Assembly: GCA_012960245.1 (NCBI GenBank)
Contig: DUBO01000038.1
Location: forward strand, 10,627 to 74,626
Length of the DNA: 64,000 nt
Direction: 5' to 3'
Source of the DNA: Candidatus Binatota bacterium
Lineage (GTDB): Bacteria; Desulfobacterota; Binatia; UBA1149
Shown here: one piece after another, positions 27,891 through 37,979 of the stretch
How the letters are laid out: every line of letters starts with the position of its first letter
Numbering within the stretch: position 1 is the first letter of the stretch
Made by a program: the position numbers and the translations under genes
Notes under the pieces: generated by a model
Seen by the model: only the letters and a program-made list of their open reading frames with translations
Told to the model about the DNA's origin: nothing
The model's database searches: none

Positions 27891-29086
27891 TGGTTTTCCT
27901 GGCCGAAGCCTGGGGCGTGATGCTCTCGCTGGCACCCTGGCTGCTGCTGGGCGCCGTCGTGGCCGGTCTGCTGCACGTCGCGCTCCCGGCCGGCTTCGTA
28001 CACCGCGAGCTGGGCGGGCGGCTGGGCGTTCTCAAGGCCGTCGCGCTGGGCGTGCCGCTGCCGCTTTGTTCCTGCGGAGTCATCCCCGCCGCGCTGGGGT
28101 TACGTCGCGACGGCGCCGGTCGCGGTGCCACGGTTGGATTCCTGATAAGCACGCCGCAGACCGGTGTTGACTCGGCCCTGGTGAGCGCGTCGTTCCTCGG
28201 CTGGCCCTTTGCCCTGTTCAAGATAGCGGCGGCCGCGGTCACGGGCATAGCCGGCGGTTACCTGGCGGGCGCGGTTTCGCCGGGAGCCGTACAAGGCGAC
28301 GAACAACAGTCGCCCGACGAACAGGCCGAGCGCAGCCTGCGGGGAATGGCGTCACACTCGATCAGTATCCTGCGCACCATATGGCGCTGGATCGCCGTGG
28401 GCGTGCTGGCGTCGGCCGCAATCTCGACCTGGGTACCGCCGGGCTCACTGGCCGGGCTGGGCAGCATGGCCTCTATGCTGGCGGTGCTGGCCGTGTCGGT
28501 GCCGCTGTACGTGTGCGCGACCGGCTCGGTGCCCATAGCCGCGGCCCTGGTTGCCGGTGGCCTGCCCGCGGGCAGCGCGCTGGTATTTCTCATGGCTGGC
28601 CCGGCCACCAACGTGGCCACCATCGGTGCCGTCTACCGGGCGCTGGGTGGCCGCACGCTGGCCGTGTACCTGGGCACCATCGTTGTCGGATCCATTGCAG
28701 CCGGCCTGCTGTTCGACTCGCTGCTGCCCGTGGGAGCCGCTGCCCTGCCCCACCACGGCAACGGGCCGGCCTGGTGGGAACTGGGCTCGGCGTTGCTGCT
28801 CACGGGAGTGCTCGCGTGCTTTGCCGTGGGCGAACTGCGCACGGCGCTTACCCGGGCCATGACCTCGCGCAGGACGGCCGACCTCGAGCTGACCGTCGAA
28901 GGCATGACCTGCAACAACTGCCGCACGCGACTGGAGACAGCGCTGCTGGCGACACCGGGCGTCAAATCGGCGGTCGTCGTGCTCGAGCCGGGCGGCGCCA
29001 GCGTATGGGGCGATGTCGACGAGCAAAAGGTCCGCGAAGCGATAAGCGAGGCCGGCTACACCCCCCTGCCGGCCACGGGTGACTGA
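27890..29086 (+). CDS. DUF318/SO_0444-type metal permease with C-terminal HMA domain
   Basis: LPLCSCGVIP, STPQTGVDS, YVCATGSVP, AGPATN; C-terminal GMTCNNC. Confidence 0.88.
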   Translation: MVFLAEAWGVMLSLAPWLLLGAVVAGLLHVALPAGFVHRELGGRLGVLKAVALGVPLPLCSCGVIPAALGLRRDGAGRGATVGFLISTPQTGVDSALVSASFLGWPFALFKIAAAAVTGIAGGYLAGAVSPGAVQGDEQQSPDEQAERSLRGMASHSISILRTIWRWIAVGVLASAAISTWVPPGSLAGLGSMASMLAVLAVSVPLYVCATGSVPIAAALVAGGLPAGSALVFLMAGPATNVATIGAVYRALGGRTLAVYLGTIVVGSIAAGLLFDSLLPVGAAALPHHGNGPAWWELGSALLLTGVLACFAVGELRTALTRAMTSRRTADLELTVEGMTCNNCRTRLETALLATPGVKSAVVVLEPGGASVWGDVDEQKVREAISEAGYTPLPATGD

Positions 29087-29092
29087 CTGCCG

Positions 29093-30196
29093 TCAGGACC
29101 AGGCCACGGCGATCTCGCGAGGCCCCGAGTAGGGTAGCCTGCCATGCGAGGTGGAATGGTTGTCTATCACCAGCACGTCGCCGCGATGCCAGGACGTCAC
29201 CTTCATATTGCGCCAGATGGCGTCGAATACTGCCGCCACGTCGCGGTTCGGGATCTCGCTGCCGTCAAGCCGGGTACAGTGCATGGCCTGCTCCTCGCTG
29301 CTGCGGGTAAAGCGTTGCAGCAGGGTCAGCAGTTTCGCGAACTGCCACACCGCGAAGTTTCGCAAGGTTGGCCGCATCCTGAAAATACGCCGGTACTCGC
29401 CGGCGGCAGACGACAAGTGAAACACCTGCAGGTGATTGTGCCACGCAGCCTCGCCCGTTTCAGGATGGTCCCTGCTGATCGCCTGGGTACTCACCAGGCG
29501 CAGGCCGTTGTCGTCAAGCCAGGTGACATCAAACCCCTGCTCGCGACACTTGGTTTCCACGGCCACGCGGTCGGTGGTGCCGAACATCTCGTCCCAGCCC
29601 TTGAGCTGAAACGGGCTACGGGACTTCACGCCGGGACCGCAGTAGTTGCGCACGATGCGCAGGCCTCCTTCGACCAGTCGCGCCTTTAAATCCTCGTCGA
29701 GTTCGCGCCACACCCTGCGCAGGTCGGTCACCGGTGTTTCGCCGCTGTCTTCACCCGGTTGCTCGAAGCAACAGAAAAACAGTTTCCCGGGAGGATTGGC
29801 CACGAAGGTCATCTCGGCGTGCTGGGCTATGGGAAAGTGGGCGGGCAACTCGCTGGCAGAAAAAATGTAATCGCTGCCCTGCAGCGGCTCGCGGGGCGAG
29901 GTGCCGAGGTACTCTTTGCCCAGCCGGGGCGCGACAGCGCGGGCCACGGCCTCGAAGCCGACAGCGTCGGTGATGTTGAAATCGCGAAACAGCAGCGCCC
30001 CGTGTTCGACCAGCCTCGCCTGCACCCAGTCGCTGTTGCGCAGTAGCCAGGAAACCAGCCCCGGCCCGGAGTCCACGCCGGCGGGCCCCAGTAGCAGGGG
30101 CAGATCGCCCTCTCCCAGTGCCCTGCACCCCGCCGGAACGGAGGCCGGTGTTGCCCGGTCGATCACAGGTAAGTCCAGGTGGCCAGTAGTCGACAT
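29093..30196 (-). CDS. TauD/TfdA-family (SyrP-like) 2OG-Fe(II) dioxygenase
   Basis: HGALLFR, QHAEMTF (HxE), GETP, DNHSTSHGR. Confidence 0.85.
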   Translation of the reverse strand: MSTTGHLDLPVIDRATPASVPAGCRALGEGDLPLLLGPAGVDSGPGLVSWLLRNSDWVQARLVEHGALLFRDFNITDAVGFEAVARAVAPRLGKEYLGTSPREPLQGSDYIFSASELPAHFPIAQHAEMTFVANPPGKLFFCCFEQPGEDSGETPVTDLRRVWRELDEDLKARLVEGGLRIVRNYCGPGVKSRSPFQLKGWDEMFGTTDRVAVETKCREQGFDVTWLDDNGLRLVSTQAISRDHPETGEAAWHNHLQVFHLSSAAGEYRRIFRMRPTLRNFAVWQFAKLLTLLQRFTRSSEEQAMHCTRLDGSEIPNRDVAAVFDAIWRNMKVTSWHRGDVLVIDNHSTSHGRLPYSGPREIAVAWS

Positions 30197-30337
30197 CGCC
30201 AGCCACAGTGCCCCCCGGTAGCACCCATGCCAAGCCCCGCTGCTGGACGAAACCGTGTCACTGCATTACGGTCTCTGGGCTAGCGGCGAACTTTACTATG
30301 TGCAGACACGGGCCTGGTAACCAGGAAAACCAATAAC

Positions 30338-31615
30338 ATGGCCGATAACATTCCGCGTGGGGCCTCGTGCCCCCACCAGTTAGACCTGATGAACCCAGAG
30401 CTCATGAGCCAGGGGCTTCCACACGAAGACCTGGCCGCCATGAGACGAGAGTGCCCCGTCGCACTGCAGGATAAAACCGAGCACGGCGACAAGTTCTGGG
30501 CGATCACCGGCCGCGAGGAGATCGATTATATTTCCAAGCACCCGGAGCTGTTCTCGTCGGCGACCAACGGTTCCCACCCCCTCCCGGGCGACCAGGACCC
30601 CGGGGTCAGCGATATAGTGCGCCGCTTGATCATCAACATGGACCCGCCTGAGCACAACCAGTATCGCAAAGTTGTAAGCAACGCGTTCAAGATCAGGGCC
30701 ATCGACAAGCTCGAACCGATGATGAGAGAGAGAGCTCGCGAGATAGTCGACAAGGTTGCGCCGCGTGGAAGTTGCGAGTTCGTGTCCGAGGTCGCATCGG
30801 AAATGCCGCTGTTCGTCATCTGCGAGTTGATGGAAATGCCCACCGAGGGACGGCAGGAGTTCTCGGAGCTGGTCACTACCATGCTCGGCATGGACGACCC
30901 CGAGCTCAACGTAAGCTCGGTGGACGGCCAACTCGCGGCGGCGCGGATCTTCGAGGTCGCGATGGGGCTGGCGACCGAACACAAGGCCAACCCTAAAAAG
31001 GGCACCGTGCTCGACGCGTTGCTGACCGGCGCGGTGGAAGGCGAGGCGCTGGACGAGTTCGAATTCTGCTGCTTCTGTCTCATACTCATCGCCGGGGGTG
31101 TTGAAACCACGCGCACGGCCACGGGCCAGGGCATGCGACTGTTGATGGAATACCCCGACCAGCTGCAGAAACTCGTCGACGACCCTTCGCTGATCCCCGG
31201 CGCGGTTGAAGAGATTCTTCGATTTCACCCTCCATTTAATTTCATGCAGCGCACCGCCACCAAGGACCTCACGCTGGGCGACATGGAAATTAAGGAGGGC
31301 GACATAGTGAAAATGTTCTACCCGGTGGCCAACCGCGACGAAGCGGTATTCGGTGACGACTCCGATCATTTTGACGTGACCCGCGCCGAGCGGATGCACG
31401 ACCTGAGAGGAGAACACCGCACTTTCGGCATAGGCCACCACTACTGCATCGGGGCATACCTCGCGCGCTTGGAACTCTCGGTGATGTTCGAAGAAATCAT
31501 TCCGCGCCTGCGCAACCCGCGCCTGGTGGGTGAAGCACGACCGCTGGTGTCCCACTTCGTTACCGGGTTGAAAAAGATGCAGGTTGAGTTTGACGCCGAG
31601 GCCAGCGAGGGCTGA
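30338..31615 (+). CDS. Cytochrome P450 (CYP124/125-like lipid or sterol oxidase)
   Basis: MDPPEH, AGGVETT, EEILR, FGIGHHYCIG. Confidence 0.92.
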   Translation: MADNIPRGASCPHQLDLMNPELMSQGLPHEDLAAMRRECPVALQDKTEHGDKFWAITGREEIDYISKHPELFSSATNGSHPLPGDQDPGVSDIVRRLIINMDPPEHNQYRKVVSNAFKIRAIDKLEPMMRERAREIVDKVAPRGSCEFVSEVASEMPLFVICELMEMPTEGRQEFSELVTTMLGMDDPELNVSSVDGQLAAARIFEVAMGLATEHKANPKKGTVLDALLTGAVEGEALDEFEFCCFCLILIAGGVETTRTATGQGMRLLMEYPDQLQKLVDDPSLIPGAVEEILRFHPPFNFMQRTATKDLTLGDMEIKEGDIVKMFYPVANRDEAVFGDDSDHFDVTRAERMHDLRGEHRTFGIGHHYCIGAYLARLELSVMFEEIIPRLRNPRLVGEARPLVSHFVTGLKKMQVEFDAEASEG

Positions 31616-31644
31616 GTCCCGCGCACAGAAAAGGGGAGACAAGC

Positions 31645-32022
31645 ATGTTGCAGAAATTTGTTCTTATTACCGGAGCCCTGGACTACCTGGTGGGACTGGC
31701 CACCTGGGGAGGCGCGCTGGCCGCCCCCGCCCCCGACCACTTCGTGGCCAACATGACCCTGGGCATGTTCCTGATGATGGCCGCCGCCTGCCTCGTGTGG
31801 GCGTCAAAAGACATCGCCGCGCGCGCCCCGGTAATCGTCTGGCAGGGCCTTGTGCGACTGACCGCCGTCGCCTCGGTTATATACGCGGTGCCCGCGGGCC
31901 TGGCCCATCCCGGTCTGTACGCCCTGGTGGTCTTCGACGGAGTAATCGGTCTCGTTTACGTCTTCGGCACCCAGCGCTTCACCGGCCAACCGATGCTGCA
32001 GCTGCTGGCCTGGCGTAGCTGA
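31645..32022 (+). CDS. Small 4-TM membrane protein
   Basis: Four hydrophobic segments; GGGGAG RBS; follows the P450 gene. Confidence 0.7.
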   Translation: MLQKFVLITGALDYLVGLATWGGALAAPAPDHFVANMTLGMFLMMAAACLVWASKDIAARAPVIVWQGLVRLTAVASVIYAVPAGLAHPGLYALVVFDGVIGLVYVFGTQRFTGQPMLQLLAWRS

Positions 32023-32060
32023 GCCGAACGGCGGCCCGCGCCAGCAGAAAAGCTGCCAGC

Positions 32061-32450
32061 TCAGATCAGCTGTCCGAGTATGACGAGCTGACCGCCCAGG
32101 CCCACGAACCAGACCAGCGTGCGCCAGGGCTGAAGGCCGGCCGTATACACGGGCACGTAAAGAACGCGGGCCCAGAAAAACACCGTGGCCCCCAGGGCCG
32201 TGGTCTCGTTGGCAAGGCCCGCCGTGTGGGCAACCAGCACGAGAGCGGCAAACGGCACCAGGCTCTCGATGAGGTTGTAGTGAGCGCGTACCGCACGATC
32301 GGTCCACTCAGGCACTTCGAGCGCGCTGTCGCGATTGCCCATCAGCCACTCCATGCCACCAGCCGCTCCGAAACGTCCGGCCAGGTACAACGCGGGGCTA
32401 AGCAGCGCCAGGGTGCAACAGTAAACCAGCATCAATAGATCGGTAGTCAT
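32061..32450 (-). CDS. MAPEG-family membrane protein
   Basis: GNRD, RAVRAHYNLIESLVPF, ARVLY. Confidence 0.88.
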   Translation of the reverse strand: MTTDLLMLVYCCTLALLSPALYLAGRFGAAGGMEWLMGNRDSALEVPEWTDRAVRAHYNLIESLVPFAALVLVAHTAGLANETTALGATVFFWARVLYVPVYTAGLQPWRTLVWFVGLGGQLVILGQLI

Positions 32451-33571
32451 GTTTCGTTTCCTCCCTTGTTCTTCTCGCCGTCGCCGGGCAGGGCCAGCGA
32501 AGCATCGAACCAACTCAGTATACGGTCGTTCTCGTCACGGGCATAGGTATGCGACAGACCGTCTATCTCCCGGTATACAAGATCCGCGCCGGCTTCCCGG
32601 AGCTGCCCGGCGGCCCAACGCGCTGTTTCCACCGGGAACATCCAGTCCAGGGCGCCGTGCACGAGATAAATACGCCTGCCCGCGGCGCGCTGCATGTTGC
32701 CTCGCTCGAGGTTTCCGGGGTGCAGTACCCCCGACATCGGAGCAAACGCAGTAAAAGGTGAATCTTCGGCAAGGCCGGTGAGCAGCGAGTATGTCGCGCC
32801 GTCGGACAGGCCGGTGAGCAGGATGCTCGAGCGCTTTACCGGCCAGCGCTCGGCGACCAGCTCTACCATGGCCCGCAGGGCCGGGCCGTCGATGTCTTCG
32901 CCCATCATCGACCAGGTCGAGCCCTGGGCGGTAGGAGCGAGCAGAAAAAAACCACGGCCGCGGGCCTCCCTCAGCCAGCTCCACATGAAACCGCGCCCGT
33001 CGCCCGAGCCTCCGTGCAGGGCTACCACGAGCGGCATCTCGGCGCTGCCGTCCCACCACTCGGGAACGTAGAGCGCGAAGCCACCGCGTGCCTTGCGATC
33101 GTTGGCGTCACCGCCCAGGTGCACGCCCGTGGCCACACCCTCGCGCGGCTCGGGATCAAGCTCGTCGAGGCGATCGTGAAACTCCTGTTCGACAAAGAAT
33201 CGCCCGAGCGGCGGGAAGGTGCGCAGTGGGTAGAGTTGTTCGAGCGAACGGGTGAAGGCACCCATCGACGCGAGCACCTGCATGATGCCCTGCTCGGCCG
33301 ACGCCTCTGAGCAGAAAAGATCGAAGGCCTCGGCCAGCGATCGGCCACCGGCCAACAGCTGGTCATTGAAGCCGCGCAAGGCCTCGGGCGGGCTGGCAGC
33401 TGCAATACCGTCCAGCCCCGAGGCGAGGCGCTGTCCCACCGGTTTCATGGCTGCACGCAGGGCGGGCAGCTCGGGCGGATGGAGGCGGCGCTGCACCTGT
33501 TCGAAGCCGTCGAGAGTGGCCAGCAGCGGGCCCACCGCAGCCGCCATCACCGCTTCGTAATCATCAGCCAC
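32447..33571 (-). CDS. Phospholipase/carboxylesterase
   Basis: ALHGGSG, GLSDG, HGALDWMFP, LSH. Confidence 0.85.
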   Translation of the reverse strand: MADDYEAVMAAAVGPLLATLDGFEQVQRRLHPPELPALRAAMKPVGQRLASGLDGIAAASPPEALRGFNDQLLAGGRSLAEAFDLFCSEASAEQGIMQVLASMGAFTRSLEQLYPLRTFPPLGRFFVEQEFHDRLDELDPEPREGVATGVHLGGDANDRKARGGFALYVPEWWDGSAEMPLVVALHGGSGDGRGFMWSWLREARGRGFFLLAPTAQGSTWSMMGEDIDGPALRAMVELVAERWPVKRSSILLTGLSDGATYSLLTGLAEDSPFTAFAPMSGVLHPGNLERGNMQRAAGRRIYLVHGALDWMFPVETARWAAGQLREAGADLVYREIDGLSHTYARDENDRILSWFDASLALPGDGEKNKGGNET

Positions 33572-33589
33572 TTACGTACCCCGCGGCAA

Positions 33590-33802
33590 TCAGAACGGCA
33601 GTTCGTCGAGGGTGTCGGCCGTGGCGTCGATGGCGTCGTGGGCCTGGTTGCCCGCGATCGGGACTATGGAAACCACCGCACCGGCGACCCGCAGCGGCAC
33701 CGAAACGATCTTGGTCAGCAGGCAGCCGGTGCTCATGAAACAACCCAGCAGCAGGGCGACCCACATCCAGCTGGCACGGCGACCGTTGATGACATTGTTC
33801 AT
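33590..33802 (-). CDS. Small lipoprotein (DUF6726-like)
   Basis: STGC lipobox followed by LTKIVSVPLRVAGAVVSIVPIAG. Confidence 0.7.
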   Translation of the reverse strand: MNNVINGRRASWMWVALLLGCFMSTGCLLTKIVSVPLRVAGAVVSIVPIAGNQAHDAIDATADTLDELPF

Positions 33803-33912
33803 CGGGCCATTGTAGCGCGCCTGCAGCCGCGCTGCTCGCTGCCGACCAAAACGCAACGGCAAATGCCTCGTATCAGCCGCGCACATCAGGCAGAAAGACA
33901 GTCACGCCACCC

Positions 33913-34719
33913 GTGAAAACAGGAAAAATCGTGAAAAAAAACGACTCCCAGGCAAACGATCTCTTCAATCTCGAGGGCCGCGTGGCTCTCGTCACCGGCG
34001 GCAGCCGCGGCATGGGCAAGGAGATGGCGATGGCCTTCGCCCGTGCGGGCGCCGAGGTGGTGGTCGCCAGCCGCAAGGAGAAGGCATGCGAGGAACTGGC
34101 CACGCAGCTCACCGAGCTCACCGGTCGACGCGCGCTGGGGGTCGGCTTTCACGCCGGCCACTGGCAGCAGTGCCAGGAGCTGGTCGACACGGCCTACAAG
34201 CACTTCGGCCGCGTCGACGTGCTGGTAAACAACGCCGGCATGTCGCCGCTGTACCCTTCGCTCGCCGAGGTGAGCGAAGAACTCTTCGACAAGGTCATAG
34301 GCGTAAACCTCAAGGGGCCCTTCAGGCTGTCGGCGCTCGTGGGCGAGCGAATGGCGGCGGGCGACGGCGGGTCTATTATCAACGTGAGCAGCATCGCCGC
34401 GGTGCAGCCCACGCCCAACGAGCTGCCCTACGCCACGGCCAAGGCCGGGCTCAACGCGCTCACCCTGGGCTTGGCCCGCGCCTACGCTCCCTCGGTCAGG
34501 GTCAACTGCATCATGCCCGGGCCGTTTCTCACCGACATCAGCAAGGCCTGGGACATGGATGCCTTCGAGCAGAGCGCCACCGCCCACATACCGTTGCAAC
34601 GCGGCGGCCAACCCGACGAGATCGTGGGAGCGGCGTTGTACCTGGCCAGCGACGCTTCGAGCTACACCAGCGGTTCTGTAATCAAGGTGGACGGCGGCAC
34701 GGCCTGGCCGGCGGCCTGA
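33913..34719 (+). CDS. Short-chain dehydrogenase/reductase
   Basis: TGGSRGMG, NNAG, YATAK. Confidence 0.92.
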   Translation: MKTGKIVKKNDSQANDLFNLEGRVALVTGGSRGMGKEMAMAFARAGAEVVVASRKEKACEELATQLTELTGRRALGVGFHAGHWQQCQELVDTAYKHFGRVDVLVNNAGMSPLYPSLAEVSEELFDKVIGVNLKGPFRLSALVGERMAAGDGGSIINVSSIAAVQPTPNELPYATAKAGLNALTLGLARAYAPSVRVNCIMPGPFLTDISKAWDMDAFEQSATAHIPLQRGGQPDEIVGAALYLASDASSYTSGSVIKVDGGTAWPAA

Positions 34720-34729
34720 GTCCACTCCG

Positions 34730-35725
34730 TTAGCCGTTGGCGATTATACGCTCGGCGAAATTGCGGATACTGTCGAGCCCGGTTGCCTCCAGCGCAACGA
34801 TGGACAATCCGTGCACCTGCTCACGGCGCTGCAGTTCCTCGACCATCTGAGCGGTAGTGCCCGCGAGCACGGCCGGGTGACGGCAGAACTGCTCGGCCGT
34901 GAGCCCGAACATGGCAGCCGCGCCCTCGGCGGTCTCGGCGGCCTGCTTCTCGCTGTCGGCGGGCTGGTAAACGAAAATCGTCGTAGCATAACGCACGGCA
35001 CCGTCCGTCCGGCCAGCGGCTTTGGCCTCCTCCCGCACCAGCGCGAGCTTTTCGGCGACCGATTCGTCGCCGAAGGCACTCACGCTTTCCAACGTGGTCG
35101 TACCGGCCTTGCCGATCTCGGGCACCATGTGGAGAATATCGGCCCAGCGCCCGGCGCGCCTGAGTATGCCCTTGCCACCGCCGCCCAGCATCAGCGGTGG
35201 TCGCGGCTGTTGCGTCGGGGTCGGCCTGACCACGGCGTCGTGCAGCCGATAGTGCTCGCCGTCAAAGCTGCAAGGCTCACCGGTCCACAGTGCCTGCATG
35301 ATCTCTACCGCCTCGTCCATCATGCGCAGGCGCTCGGACACGGGCGGAAAGTCCAGGCCGAACATCTCGAACTCGGCCCTCGTCCAGCCGGCACCTACGC
35401 CGGCAATCACGCGACCTCCACTGAGCTCGTCGAGCTGGGCAAACTGGCGAGCGAGCATGGCCGGGTGACGAAACAGCGTGCAGGCAACGTGGCTGCCCAG
35501 CTTGATGCTACGCGTGCGCTGGGCGATGGCACCAAGCAGCGCAAACAACTCGTAGGTTGGCTGCTCGGTCTTGAGCTCGCCCATCTGTTCAAAAAGATAA
35601 TGGTCGGGCACGAAGACGGTCGTATAACCCAGCGACTCGGCCAGCTGGGCCTGCTCAACAAAAGCATCCAGCCCGTGCCCTTCCTGCTCGACCTGCCCTC
35701 CCCCGACTACTACTGCATACTCCAT
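34730..35725 (-). CDS. LLM-class flavin/F420-dependent oxidoreductase
   Basis: VPDH, FRHPAMLAR, LSGGRVIAGVGAGW, PTPTQQPRPPLMLGG. Confidence 0.88.
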   Translation of the reverse strand: MEYAVVVGGGQVEQEGHGLDAFVEQAQLAESLGYTTVFVPDHYLFEQMGELKTEQPTYELFALLGAIAQRTRSIKLGSHVACTLFRHPAMLARQFAQLDELSGGRVIAGVGAGWTRAEFEMFGLDFPPVSERLRMMDEAVEIMQALWTGEPCSFDGEHYRLHDAVVRPTPTQQPRPPLMLGGGGKGILRRAGRWADILHMVPEIGKAGTTTLESVSAFGDESVAEKLALVREEAKAAGRTDGAVRYATTIFVYQPADSEKQAAETAEGAAAMFGLTAEQFCRHPAVLAGTTAQMVEELQRREQVHGLSIVALEATGLDSIRNFAERIIANG

Positions 35726-35805
35726 GACGTCTCCCTTGCGCGCCAGCGGCGCCGACAAGGTGTCGCCGTCTCAGGTCGCAAAGGCAACCGGCGCGCCAGC
35801 CGTGG

Positions 35806-37227
35806 TCAGGAGAAGTAGTCGTCGAGGCTCTCGCGTATGCGCGGCGCCAACACGTACAGTCCTATGACGTTGGGCAGCGCTACTACGAACAACAGCGCGT
35901 CGGACATGGTGAGCACGGCGTCAAGATCAAGCACACAGCCCAGCACGACGAAAGCGCAGTAGACCAACTTGAAAGAAAGCTCGGCCACGCGCGAGTCGCC
36001 CACCAGGTAGGTCCAACCCTTGAGCCCGTAGTAACCCCAGGCGATCATCGTGGAGTACGCGAACAGCAGCGCGGCCAGGCCGACGGCTGCCGGCGACCAC
36101 GACAGCGTGCTCTCAAAAGCGCGCGAGGTAAGCGCCACTCCCTGTACCCCGCTGCCCGCCAGCGATGGTTCGTACACCGTGGTGAGGATCACCAGCGCCG
36201 TCATGGTGCAGATCACGACCGTGTCGATAAACGGTTCGAGCAATCCGACCAGGCCCTCGGTTGCAGGGTGGTGGGTGTTGACCGCCGAGTGGGCGATGGC
36301 GGCCGAGCCGAGTCCAGCCTCGTTTGAGAAAGCCGCGCGGCGAAACCCGAGCATCATCACGCCCAGCACGCCACCGCTTATGCCCTCGGGCGAGAACGCC
36401 CCGTGCCATATCGAAGCAAACGCACCCGGGACCTTGTCGAAGTTAAGGCCGATGACCAGCAGCGCACCCAGGCAGTAGAACAAGGCCATGAACGGCACCA
36501 GGCGAGTGGTGACACGGGCTATGGATTGTATGCCGCCCACCAGCACCAGGCCCACGGCCACGGCCAGAAGCAGGCCCACCTCCAGTGAGCGCCCGGCCAT
36601 GGGGCCGTCGGCACCACCGGTCACGACCAGCAGTTGTTCGAAGACCTGGTTGCTCTGGAACATGTTGCCCGCGCCCAGGCAGCCCAGCACTATGGCCACC
36701 GCGTAGAACCCGCCCAGCGCTCGACCAGCCAGCGGCCAGCCGCGCTCGGCGAAACCCGCGCGCAGGTAGTACATGGGGCCGCCCGACACCTGGCCGTTCT
36801 CGTCGACCTGGCGGTAGCGTACCCCCAGCACGCACTCGGCACACTTGCTGGCCATGCCCAGCAGGCCGGCGACCAGGAGCCAGAACGTCGCCCCGGGGCC
36901 ACCCATTGAAATCGCCACGGCCACGCCGCCTATGTTGCCGATGCCCACGGTGCCCGACACGGCCGTCGAAAGCGCGCCCCAGGGACTGATCTCCCCGCTT
37001 GAATTCGGTGAGCGGCGCTTGCCCGTAACTATGCGCAGGCCCTCGGCCATGCCACGAAAATTGATGAAGCGCAGGTAGAAGGTAAAAAACAGGCCCGCGC
37101 CTATTAACCAGGCCACGATGAGCGGCACCTGCGCGTCGCCTATGGGTACAGCGTAGAAAACTACCGCGGCCATGGCGTCGGCCACGGGACCAAGGACTTC
37201 GTTGACCGCGACGTCTATGCTGTTCAA
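35806..37227 (-). CDS. Alanine/glycine:cation symporter (AGCS family)
   Basis: GTVGIGNIGGVA, GGPMYY, FSNEAGLGS, EPFIDT. Confidence 0.93.
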   Translation of the reverse strand: MNSIDVAVNEVLGPVADAMAAVVFYAVPIGDAQVPLIVAWLIGAGLFFTFYLRFINFRGMAEGLRIVTGKRRSPNSSGEISPWGALSTAVSGTVGIGNIGGVAVAISMGGPGATFWLLVAGLLGMASKCAECVLGVRYRQVDENGQVSGGPMYYLRAGFAERGWPLAGRALGGFYAVAIVLGCLGAGNMFQSNQVFEQLLVVTGGADGPMAGRSLEVGLLLAVAVGLVLVGGIQSIARVTTRLVPFMALFYCLGALLVIGLNFDKVPGAFASIWHGAFSPEGISGGVLGVMMLGFRRAAFSNEAGLGSAAIAHSAVNTHHPATEGLVGLLEPFIDTVVICTMTALVILTTVYEPSLAGSGVQGVALTSRAFESTLSWSPAAVGLAALLFAYSTMIAWGYYGLKGWTYLVGDSRVAELSFKLVYCAFVVLGCVLDLDAVLTMSDALLFVVALPNVIGLYVLAPRIRESLDDYFS

Positions 37228-37239
37228 ACTGTTCCCCCC

Positions 37240-37977
37240 ATGAAGATAGGCATCCTTCTCACCGACTCAGTCCAGCCCGCGCTCGCCGCCACGCACGGCC
37301 AGTATAGCGACATGTTCGCCCGCCTGCTCGGTGGCGTGGACCCCTCTCTGCAGTTCGCTTGCTGGGATGTGCATCGCGGCGAGTTTCCCGACTCGATCGA
37401 CGATTGCGATGGCTACCTGATGACCGGCGGCCGGCACAGTGTTTACGACGAGTTGGAGTGGATCGCTCCGCTCGAGAGCTACGTCGTACGGCTGGCCGAA
37501 GCGAGCTGGCCGCTGTTCGCCGTGTGCTTTGGCCACCAGTTGGTTGCCCGCGCACTGGGCGGCCGCACTGAGTTGGCCGAGCAGGGGTGGACGCTCGGTG
37601 TGCACAGCACGCGCATCGAGTCGCCGTTTCCCTGGGCCGTTGCCGGCGGAGATAGCGTTGCCGGCACGCACGGTGAGCTGCGGCTCATACACAGCCACCG
37701 CGACCAGGTGACGCGCCTGCCCGACGGTGCCAGCCTCGTGGGCTCCAGCGATTCCTGCCCTGTTTCTATGTACCGCATCGGCAAGCACGTGATGAGTTGC
37801 CAGGGCCATCCGGAGTTCAGCCCCGAGTATGCGCTGGGCTTGTACGAAAGCAGGCGCGGGTTGTACGCGGATGATCTGTGGAACCGGTCACTGGCTTCGC
37901 TGGCCGAGGACACCGACGGCGGGGTCATCGCCCGGTGGGCGGTAGAGTTTTTTCGTGACGCCGCCGACAGCGACTGA
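37240..37977 (+). CDS. Class I glutamine amidotransferase-like protein
   Basis: VCFGHQ and QGHPE catalytic motifs. Confidence 0.9.
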   Translation: MKIGILLTDSVQPALAATHGQYSDMFARLLGGVDPSLQFACWDVHRGEFPDSIDDCDGYLMTGGRHSVYDELEWIAPLESYVVRLAEASWPLFAVCFGHQLVARALGGRTELAEQGWTLGVHSTRIESPFPWAVAGGDSVAGTHGELRLIHSHRDQVTRLPDGASLVGSSDSCPVSMYRIGKHVMSCQGHPEFSPEYALGLYESRRGLYADDLWNRSLASLAEDTDGGVIARWAVEFFRDAADSD

Positions 37978-37979
37978 CT

